DNA of 32,000 nt from Ferroglobus placidus DSM 10642 (GCF_000025505.1 NC_013849.1:1380001-1412000); one strand, 5' to 3'. Positions 17,532 through 25,507 are shown, numbered from the stretch's first letter. Notes: generated from the sequence alone by a model not told the origin. Program-made: numbers and translations.

Positions 17532-17594
17532 ATGAGGGTGAAGAAAGTTGAGGGGAGAAAAAGGAGGATCTGCAAGTGTGCATCTACTTGCTGA
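17532..17594 (+). CDS. candidate 20-aa Cys-rich micro-ORF (MRVKKVEGRKRRICKCASTC); possible rSAM substrate peptide
   Basis: ATG 17532 lies 5 nt after GAGGTGAT (17519-17526), which is 8-nt perfect complementarity to the 16S 3' end encoded in this window. First ORF after AT-rich TATA-like boxes (17477-17498). Not in the ORF track because it is under 60 aa. Could be a chance ORF. Confidence 0.2.
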   Translation: MRVKKVEGRKRRICKCASTC

Positions 17595-17766
17595 AAACCC
17601 GGAGATAATTTGTCGCGTGTGTCAGTTTTACAAACCGGGAAAAGAAGTGCTTGAGTGTGGAGCTTTTAAAATTCTGAAATTTTTTGTGGAAAGCGGGAGG
17701 TTGAGCGTTGAGGAAATTGAGGAAGCGGCTAAAGTTGTCGAAAAGACTTCTTCTGAGGAGGTTTGA
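17578..17766 (+). CDS. small CxxC-containing protein, 62 aa (hypothetical; possible wHTH-like C-terminal half)
   Basis: In-frame GTG 17578 lies 10 nt after AGGAGG (17562-17567). Sequence VHLLAENPEIICRVCQFYKPGKEVLECGAFKILKFFVESGRLSVEEIEEAAKVVEKTSSEEV. The tracked TTG 17548 start has no SD. Overlaps the micro-ORF at its 5' end and the rSAM ORF at its 3' end. Confidence 0.4.
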   Translation: MHLLAENPEIICRVCQFYKPGKEVLECGAFKILKFFVESGRLSVEEIEEAAKVVEKTSSEEV

Positions 17767-18811
17767 GAAAGCTTACGCTTACAACGCAAAAACTGACTAT
17801 ATCTACGAACTGGACGAGGAGGCTTTAAGCTTTTTAACATCCTTAGACGGAAGGGAAGTCGAGATAGAGGAAGAACTTTACGAATACTTAAAAGAAGAGG
17901 GCTTCTTCGGAAATTCGTTACCGGATTTTAAAGAGCAAAAGGAGTTTCCGAGCTTGAGATATTTGCTCGTTCACGTCACTTACAACTGCAACCTGAAATG
18001 CGAACACTGCTACGTTGAAAGGAAAAACGTTTTCATGAGCCGAGAAGTTTTCGAAGCTTTAGCCAGAAACTTCTACGAAATGGGAGGATTGAAACTGATC
18101 GTAACGGGGGGAGAACCTCTAACTCATCCTGAAATATTTGATTTCCTTAGAGAGGCTCGAAGGTATCCTTACAGAATTGTTCTCCTGACAAACGGATTGC
18201 TTATCGACGAAAGAATCGCAAGAAAGCTTTCAAAATTTGTTGATGAGGTTCAAATCAGCTTGGACGGGTTGGAAGGGCATAAAATGCTGAGAGGCGTTGA
18301 TTACCGAGTTGTTGTGGAGAAAATAAAACTTTTGAAAGAATTTGTCGACGTTTCCGTCGCTACAATGATAACCAAGTACAATTTAGAAGAATTTGAGAAG
18401 ATGAAAACTCTAATGGAATCTCTCGACGTTAAAAGCTGGAACATCGACTTTCCGAGTTGCAGCGAGGAGGTAGTTCCAGATTTCGATAAAGCTTCTCTAA
18501 TCTCCCTTGGCTTTGGCGAAGCTCACGAGGCTGAGGAAGGATACTCGTGCGGAACTCACCTCGCTTCGGTCACTCCGAAAGGAGAGGTGACGAAGTGCGG
18601 ATTTTTTGAGGATGCTGTTGGAGACGTCTTTAATCTGGAAGAGGCTTGGAGTGAGCTTAGGAAGAAGTACATATGGAGACTTTCCGAGCTGAAGTGTGAG
18701 TGCGACTTCGTGGAGAAATGCAGGGGAGGTTGCAGATACAGAGCTTTACACTACTCCGGCGACATCTTCGGGGAAGATCCGGTGATGTGTGCAATTTTCA
18801 AAGCCCGGTAA
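17708..18811 (+). CDS. radical SAM / SPASM-domain enzyme with RRE-like N-terminal region (peptide-maturase type)
   Basis: 367 aa. CNLKCEHC (CX3CX2C) at residues 94-101. SPASM pattern C-X10-G-X4-C, C-X-C-X5-C-X3-C, plus a final Cys. No ATG near the 5' end. TTG 17708 lies 6 nt after GGAGGT (17696-17701); the alternative is TTG 17735. Confidence 0.85.
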   Translation: MRKLRKRLKLSKRLLLRRFEKAYAYNAKTDYIYELDEEALSFLTSLDGREVEIEEELYEYLKEEGFFGNSLPDFKEQKEFPSLRYLLVHVTYNCNLKCEHCYVERKNVFMSREVFEALARNFYEMGGLKLIVTGGEPLTHPEIFDFLREARRYPYRIVLLTNGLLIDERIARKLSKFVDEVQISLDGLEGHKMLRGVDYRVVVEKIKLLKEFVDVSVATMITKYNLEEFEKMKTLMESLDVKSWNIDFPSCSEEVVPDFDKASLISLGFGEAHEAEEGYSCGTHLASVTPKGEVTKCGFFEDAVGDVFNLEEAWSELRKKYIWRLSELKCECDFVEKCRGGCRYRALHYSGDIFGEDPVMCAIFKAR

Positions 18812-18823
18812 TTCTGTTTTTTG

Positions 18824-19351
18824 CTATGTAGATAATCTCGTCACCTTCCATTTTCCCGCTCTTTTAAGAACATCTTCATCGGTTATGTCTCCTCTAATAA
18901 AAACGAGGTCTTTGTGCTCTACTGGAACGCTTTCGACGTCTGCGACAACTGCAATTTCTACTCCTTCCTTCAGAAGCTCTTTAACAGCTACATATATCAC
19001 GCCGTTCCATCCTAGAGCGATGACGTGGTTTTCCATAAAGACCCTCGGTTTTCTTTTTAAACCTTTTTCGATCATAATTTCAGCCACGGAAGCAAGTAAA
19101 ACTCCAAGGACTCCTATTCCGCTTATCATAACAAAAATTGATAAAATTTTCCCGATTTCAGTTTCTGGCGTTATGTCACCATAACCTACTGTTGTGGTGG
19201 TCGTTATAACCCAGTAGAAGGAGTCGAAAAGGGAAACTCCTTCTACTTTGTGAAACAAGAAAGAGGAAAACGTCCAGAGGGAGAAAATGTAAAAAGCTGA
19301 GTAAGTAAAAACCCTTCTTTCCTTTAGAACTGCTGTTAGCTTTTTAGGATT
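18824..19351 (-). pseudogene. decayed MthK-like K+ channel (TM1-pore-TM2 + truncated RCK/TrkA-N domain)
   Basis: The open frame contains TM1 (VFTYSAFYIFSLWTFSSFLF), the selectivity filter TVGYGD (19175-19192), TM2, and only about 65 aa of an RCK Rossmann domain (HVIALGWNGV...GDITDEDVLKRAG). There is no ATG/GTG/TTG upstream of TM1 in the frame that opens after TAA 19352-19354. The only start (TTG 19258) would delete TM1. Confidence 0.5.
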
Positions 19352-19364
19352 TTAATCAGAACAA

Positions 19365-20456
19365 TCATATCTTTTTCAACTCTTCAACGAACTCGTCTAT
19401 CATTTCCTTCGTTACGTGAGGCATCACGACCATCCTTATAGCTTTCGGCTCTCTTATCGTTGAAATGACCCATCCTCTCTTGTACAGCTCCTCCTTTATT
19501 TTTTCGGCTCTCTCCGTTTTGAAAGCCACGACGTTCATAATCGGCTCAATTACCGGCTCGTAGCCGATTTCTCCCATTTTCTCGACAAGATAATTTGTGT
19601 TTTCCATGCACTTTTTGACTATTCTCTTCATCCCTTCGAAGCCGAGTCCTTTCAGCACAGCGTAGCTCGAAGCAACACCTGTTCCGGGGCGAGTTCCGGT
19701 TAGAGTGAATTGGTATTTCGTCGTTAAGTAGGGAGTTTCCACTTCAAGCAGCTTCAGGAAACTCTCGTCTCTGAAGAGAATTCCCCCAGCCGGAATCGTA
19801 GCCATTCCCATCTTGTGGGGATCTAAAGTTATGGAAGTTACTCCTTCCAGTTCGAAGTCGAAGGGAATCTTTCTTTCAAGGAACGGCAAAACGAGTCCTC
19901 CAAAGGCTGCATCTACGTGGAGAGGGACGTCTTTTTCGATAGCTATCTTCGAAAGCTCGTCTATCGGATCAACCTGTCCAAGCTCCGTCGTTCCTGCAAT
20001 TCCAACTATCGCAACGGTGTTTTCGTCAATAGCTTTTTCAACTTCACCCACGTCGACTCTGTATTCTTCGTCCAATCCGACCCTTCTTATTTCTACAGCA
20101 AGCAGGTCTCCTATCTTTTCGAAGGAGAAGTGAGCCGATTTCGGAATTACTATGTTCGGCTTTTTAGCTCTTTTCAAATTTCTTGCAGCCCTTATTCCCT
20201 GAATGTTCGCTTCAGTGCCTCCGGAGCAAATGTAGCCGGCAGCTTTTTCGTTGTGCAAAAGCTTTCCGAGCATTTTTATTAGCTCTCTCTCGAGCTCCCA
20301 CGTTCCTACAAAAATCCCCGGATCTCCGAGGTTTGTCTCTAAAAACATTATGTGGGCTTTCACAGCCAAAGGATGCGGAACTGTGCACATGGAGCTGAGA
20401 ACCCTCTTGTAAGAGATGTCCTTGAGCCTGAAGTTGAGAAGCTCTTTAAACACCAT
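19365..20456 (-). CDS. mfnA: L-tyrosine/L-aspartate decarboxylase (methanofuran / beta-alanine biosynthesis)
   Basis: 363 aa from ATG 20456 (MVFKELLNFRLKD...). Group II PLP-decarboxylase motifs (SGGTEANI, HVDAAFGG, TLDPHKMG). The tracked 453-aa ORF extends 90 codons further upstream, antisense into mobA, which is not credible. Confidence 0.85.
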   Translation of the reverse strand: MVFKELLNFRLKDISYKRVLSSMCTVPHPLAVKAHIMFLETNLGDPGIFVGTWELERELIKMLGKLLHNEKAAGYICSGGTEANIQGIRAARNLKRAKKPNIVIPKSAHFSFEKIGDLLAVEIRRVGLDEEYRVDVGEVEKAIDENTVAIVGIAGTTELGQVDPIDELSKIAIEKDVPLHVDAAFGGLVLPFLERKIPFDFELEGVTSITLDPHKMGMATIPAGGILFRDESFLKLLEVETPYLTTKYQFTLTGTRPGTGVASSYAVLKGLGFEGMKRIVKKCMENTNYLVEKMGEIGYEPVIEPIMNVVAFKTERAEKIKEELYKRGWVISTIREPKAIRMVVMPHVTKEMIDEFVEELKKI

Positions 20457-20475
20457 GCAGAGGCATTTGGACAAG

Positions 20476-20497
20476 CTTAATATAATTTTTATTAAAG
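20476..20497. promoter_or_regulatory. bidirectional TATA-rich promoter region between mfnA and mobA
   Basis: CTTAATATAATTTTTATTAAAG fills most of the 48-bp divergent spacer (20457-20504). Geometry implies very short or absent leaders on both mRNAs. Confidence 0.4.
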
Positions 20498-20504
20498 GGC
20501 TTTT

Positions 20505-21107
20505 GTGAACGTTGCCATACTCGTCGGTGGAAAAGGCAGAAGAATGGGATACGTGGAAAAAGCTCTTCTCGAAATCTGCGGAGTGAGGATTATCGACAGG
20601 CTTTTGAGGGAATTTAAGGATGACAACGTCGTTATTGTTTGCAGGGACGAAGAGCAGAGAAAGCTGTTCGAAGGTGAGACGATCGTAGACTCTATAAAAA
20701 ACTTTGGAGCTTTGGCTGGAATTCACGCAGCTTTAAAGTATTTTGGCGAGAGAACGCTTGTTTTGGCATGCGACATGCCTTTCGCGAAAAGAAGAGTTGC
20801 CGAAAAGCTATTTGCTGAGGCTGAGAAAATCGATGCGAACGTTTTGATGCCCTACTGGAAGGAAGGTCGGTTCGAACCCCTCTTTTCAATTTATTCCCCG
20901 GAAGTTATTCCGGAGATTGAAAAAAGTTTTTCCTTTGGAGAAAAGAAAATTTTAAAACCTGTTTTCCGCTCTTCTGGAGTTTACCTCTATTCTGTCGAAT
21001 GTTTGAGGAAGCTGGACGAAAAGCTAATATCCTTTTTCAACGTCAACACTCCTCAGGAGCTTAGGAGGGCGGAAGAATTATGCTCATCGACAGATTCGGT
21101 AGAGTGA
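20505..21107 (+). CDS. mobA: molybdenum cofactor guanylyltransferase
   Basis: 200 aa with GTG start. AILVGGKGRRMG nucleotide-binding N-terminus and LVLACDMPF motif typical of MobA. Confidence 0.8.
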   Translation: MNVAILVGGKGRRMGYVEKALLEICGVRIIDRLLREFKDDNVVIVCRDEEQRKLFEGETIVDSIKNFGALAGIHAALKYFGERTLVLACDMPFAKRRVAEKLFAEAEKIDANVLMPYWKEGRFEPLFSIYSPEVIPEIEKSFSFGEKKILKPVFRSSGVYLYSVECLRKLDEKLISFFNVNTPQELRRAEELCSSTDSVE

Positions 21108-21961
21108 TTACTAATTTGAGGATCTCCGTTACGAGCAGATGCAACTTATCGTGCTTTTACTGCCACAGAGAGGGATATTCAGCGGAGAATGAGTTAAGCG
21201 TGGAGGAAATTGGCGAGATCGGGAGAGCTTTTAGAACTCTTGGAGTAAAAAAGGTGAAAATAACAGGAGGAGAGCCTCTTGTTAGGAGCGATATCGCTGA
21301 GATTGTGGGCGTTTTGAATATATTCGACGAAACTTCCATGACTACCAACGGTATAAAGCTCGGAAAGCTTGCTTCCGAGCTGAAAGAAGCTGGGCTTTCC
21401 AGAGTTAACGTCAGCCTGGACACCCTCGATGAAGAAAAGTACAAGCTTTTGACGAGAGGAGGGGAGCTTAAAAAAGCTCTGAACGGAATAAGCGAGGCGG
21501 TGAGTGTTGGTTTAACTCCGGTCAAGCTGAACATGGTGGTTATGAAGGGTATTAACGTTGACGAAATGTGGGAGATGGTAGATTTTGCGAGGGAGTTTAG
21601 AGGAGACGTTATTTTGCAGCTCATCGAACTCATGAAACTTCCTTGGAACGAGAACAACTATTACGACCTTTCCGAAATTGAAAAGGAGCTGAAAAAGATT
21701 GCTTCTAAAGTGAAGGTAAGGAACATGCAGAGGAGACGGCAGTATTTCTTGGACGGAGTCGTTGTTGAAGTGGTAAAGCCTTACGACAATTCAGAATTCT
21801 GTAAAGCCTGCAACAGAATAAGGGTAACGGCTGACGGAAAAATTAAGCCGTGTCTGATGAGAAATGATAACCTTGTTGATATCAGAGGGTTGAAAGGTAA
21901 AGATTTAATATCTGCGATTAAAAAAGCTGTCCAGCTCAGAGAGCCTTACTACAAGGGGTGA
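21080..21961 (+). CDS. moaA: GTP 3',8-cyclase (radical SAM Moco biosynthesis protein A)
   Basis: 293 aa. LRISVTSRCNLSCFYCH radical-SAM cluster motif, KITGGEPL, and C-terminal CxxCNRIRVTADGKIKPCL auxiliary-cluster motif. SD AGGAGGG at 21063-21069. 28-nt overlap with mobA. Confidence 0.9.
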   Translation: MLIDRFGRVITNLRISVTSRCNLSCFYCHREGYSAENELSVEEIGEIGRAFRTLGVKKVKITGGEPLVRSDIAEIVGVLNIFDETSMTTNGIKLGKLASELKEAGLSRVNVSLDTLDEEKYKLLTRGGELKKALNGISEAVSVGLTPVKLNMVVMKGINVDEMWEMVDFAREFRGDVILQLIELMKLPWNENNYYDLSEIEKELKKIASKVKVRNMQRRRQYFLDGVVVEVVKPYDNSEFCKACNRIRVTADGKIKPCLMRNDNLVDIRGLKGKDLISAIKKAVQLREPYYKG

Positions 21962-21974
21962 TAGCTTGATAGAA

Positions 21975-22112
21975 ATGGAAGTGGATGGGAAAAAAGTGCC
22001 CATGAACGATTACGTAAGGAGAGTTTTTGAAAGCGTAATAGAAGCTTTGGTCTCAACTTTAAAAGGAGTTGACGAGGACTGGAAAGAGCTTAAAATAGTG
22101 ATTAAGAGATGA
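21975..22112 (+). CDS. untracked 45-aa ORF (MEVDGKKVPMNDYVRRVFESVIEALVSTLKGVDEDWKELKIVIKR), hypothetical
   Basis: Fills the 147-nt gap between moaA and hisC exactly. GGTGAT (21957-21962) lies upstream. Its TGA (22110-22112) overlaps the hisC ATG (22109-22111) in an ATGA junction. An in-frame TTG at 21966 is an alternative start. Confidence 0.35.
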   Translation: MEVDGKKVPMNDYVRRVFESVIEALVSTLKGVDEDWKELKIVIKR

Positions 22113-23143
22113 TAAGGAAGGAATTGTCGGAAGTTCCGGAGTACGTTCCCGGAAAGAGCGTCGAGGAAATTAAGAGGACCTACGGTTTGGAGAAGGTTGT
22201 AAAGCTTGCGTCCAACGAAAATCCCTACGGAGCGAGCCCTAAGGTTTTCGAGGCTTTAAAAAATTTTAGGGACTTCCACGTTTACCCACCAAAAGATCCA
22301 ATCGAGTTGAGAGAAAGAATTGCAGAATACGTAGGATTTCCCGAGAAGATGATCGTCGTTGGAGCTGGGTTGGACGGGGTTTTAGAGAACGTCTTTAAAA
22401 TGTTCGTAAATAAAGGAGATGTAGTAGCGATACCGATTCCAACCTTTCCTTACTACGAGATACTCGCAAAAATATATGGGGCAAAAATAAAATTTTTGAG
22501 GAGAAAAGAAAATTTTGAGACAGCTGAATTCGATGAAAGGGCCAAGCTAACAATAATTTGCTCCCCCAACAACCCGACGGGGAACGTTGAAAATTTCGAG
22601 TTCGTTAGAGAGGTTGTTGAAAGCGTAAAAGGGATTGTTTTCATAGATGAAGCTTACGCTGAATTTACTGAGAAAAGGCTTACGAAGCTTGCAGAATACG
22701 AAAACGTCATAGTGGGCAGAACTTTTTCGAAGGCTTTCGGATTGGCAAATCTCAGAATTGGATATGCGATTATGAACGAAAACTTTGCCAGGGAGTATAT
22801 GAAGGTTTGTCCTCCCTTTTCGATTTCGACAATCGCAATACTGGCAGCTATTGCAGCTTTGGACGACATCGAATACATGAATAAAGCGGTGAAAAAAATA
22901 GTTGCGGAAAGAAGCAGACTTGAAAAAGCTCTTGGAAAGTACTTCAGAGTTTATCCGAGCGAAGCGAATTTTTTGTACGTGGAAGCTGAAAATTCGGATG
23001 AAGTTTGCTACGAGCTTGAGAGGAGAGGTGTGATTGTGAGAAACTTGAAGAATTTCAGGGGGGTTAAAAACGGTATAAGGATAACGGTGGGCAAGCCGGA
23101 GGAGAACAACTTTCTACTAAAAGCTCTGGAGGAGATCTTTTGA
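22109..23143 (+). CDS. hisC: histidinol-phosphate aminotransferase
   Basis: 344 aa. LASNENPYGASP motif and PLP-lysine motif FSKAFGLANLRIGY. Class-II aminotransferase length. Confidence 0.85.
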   Translation: MIRKELSEVPEYVPGKSVEEIKRTYGLEKVVKLASNENPYGASPKVFEALKNFRDFHVYPPKDPIELRERIAEYVGFPEKMIVVGAGLDGVLENVFKMFVNKGDVVAIPIPTFPYYEILAKIYGAKIKFLRRKENFETAEFDERAKLTIICSPNNPTGNVENFEFVREVVESVKGIVFIDEAYAEFTEKRLTKLAEYENVIVGRTFSKAFGLANLRIGYAIMNENFAREYMKVCPPFSISTIAILAAIAALDDIEYMNKAVKKIVAERSRLEKALGKYFRVYPSEANFLYVEAENSDEVCYELERRGVIVRNLKNFRGVKNGIRITVGKPEENNFLLKALEEIF

Positions 23144-23658
23144 TAGCGATAACCGGAACTCCGGGAACCGGGAAAAGTACAGTTGCCGAGATCTTAAGAA
23201 AGAGGGGGTATGTAGTTCTCAGCGTCAACGAAATTGCTGAAAAATTCGGATGTATTGAAGAGGAAGAAGATGGCGTGAAAATTGTCGATCTGGAGTGCCT
23301 TGAAAAAGTTGAAGTTGACGCGGATTTCGTCGAAGGACACCTTTCGCACCACCTTAACGCTAAAACCGTTATCGTTCTTCGCTGTCGTCCCGATGTCCTT
23401 TACGAAAGGCTCGTTAAAAAGGGTTGGAGCGAGGAAAAGATAAGGGAGAATGTGGAGGCGGAGCTGATAGATTATATTCTCGTTGAGGCTCTTGAGAAGC
23501 ACGATGATGTTCACGAAATAGACACCACGAATCTTACACCAGAGGAAGTTGCAGACAAAATAGAGGAAATTTTAAGGGGTAAAAAGTATCCACCGGGAAA
23601 AATAGATTGGATTTCAGAACTTTCCGACTCTATCGATAAATATATAAGAAAATTATAA
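23140..23658 (+). CDS. Fap7/AK6-type putative adenylate kinase (ribosome small-subunit maturation NTPase)
   Basis: 172 aa. TTG start in a TTGA overlap with the hisC stop, with SD GGAGGAG upstream. P-loop ITGTPGTGKST, HLSHH and VLRCRPDVLYERL motifs typical of archaeal Fap7 homologues. Confidence 0.75.
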   Translation: MIAITGTPGTGKSTVAEILRKRGYVVLSVNEIAEKFGCIEEEEDGVKIVDLECLEKVEVDADFVEGHLSHHLNAKTVIVLRCRPDVLYERLVKKGWSEEKIRENVEAELIDYILVEALEKHDDVHEIDTTNLTPEEVADKIEEILRGKKYPPGKIDWISELSDSIDKYIRKL

Positions 23659-23776
23659 TATATTGTTCATGATAATTGCTGCTCACGAGCAAAACGTTTA
23701 TATTCCAAGAAGATCTTGCCAATTAACACGATGAGGAGCTCGTCAAGAGCTCCGAGATTAAAATGAAGTGTGGCAT

Positions 23777-23788
23777 AAAGCTTATAAA
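23777..23788 (+). promoter_or_regulatory. rRNA operon promoter candidate (BRE + TATA)
   Basis: AAAG-CTTATAAA lies about 30 nt upstream of the point (about 23818) where sequence switches abruptly from AT-rich to GC-rich leader. A second TATA-like box AAACGTTTATATT lies at about 23692-23705. Confidence 0.4.
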
Positions 23789-23921
23789 TCACTAAGTGAT
23801 AATAACAAATTACCAAAGCCGCGGGTCCGGCAAGTACTCCGACGGGGCGTAAGCCCAGGATGGGGAGTGGGGTTCCCACCCGCGGCATAGTAGGGAAGAC
23901 GTGCCGCAAGGCACGTCTGAG

Positions 23922-23956
23922 ATGGGCTTGCCAGCAGGGCAAATCCGGCGGGAGAG
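23922..23956 (+). other. 16S processing stem, 5' strand, containing half of a bulge-helix-bulge motif
   Basis: ATGGGCTTGCCAGCA-GGGC-AAA-TCCGGCGGGAGAG pairs with 25508-25542: 15-bp helix, 4-bp central helix GGGC/GCCC, 3-nt bulge AAA (23941-23943), 13-bp helix. Confidence 0.85.
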
Positions 23957-23987
23957 GGACGTATTCACCGCTTTCTCTCCCCCGCCA

Positions 23988-25498
<1,511 letters not shown>

Positions 25499-25507
25499 AC
25501 TGATGGG

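Noticed and set aside
17752-17770. A possible prfB-like programmed +1 frameshift (GAGGAGG-TT-TGA) fusing the 62-aa ORF to the rSAM enzyme.
   Set aside because: The P-site codon would be GUU, and re-pairing of tRNA-Val on UUU is poor. The SD-like element abuts the slip site rather than lying about 3 nt upstream. The rSAM N-terminus (FEKAYAYN..YIYELDEEAL) looks like the normal start region of stand-alone SPASM maturases. This is kept only as an indel check under the junction finding.
18789-19184. A 131-aa plus-strand ORF downstream of the rSAM gene.
   Set aside because: It is antisense to the K+ channel remnant, and its Ser/Thr/Pro-rich translation has no motifs. The sense frame carries an unmistakable TVGYGD filter.
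20457-20726. A 90-codon N-terminal extension of the mfnA ORF, giving the tracked 453-aa version.
   Set aside because: The extension runs antisense through the mobA start and the promoter spacer and has no decarboxylase homology. ATG 20456 gives the normal ~365-aa MfnA length and N-terminus.
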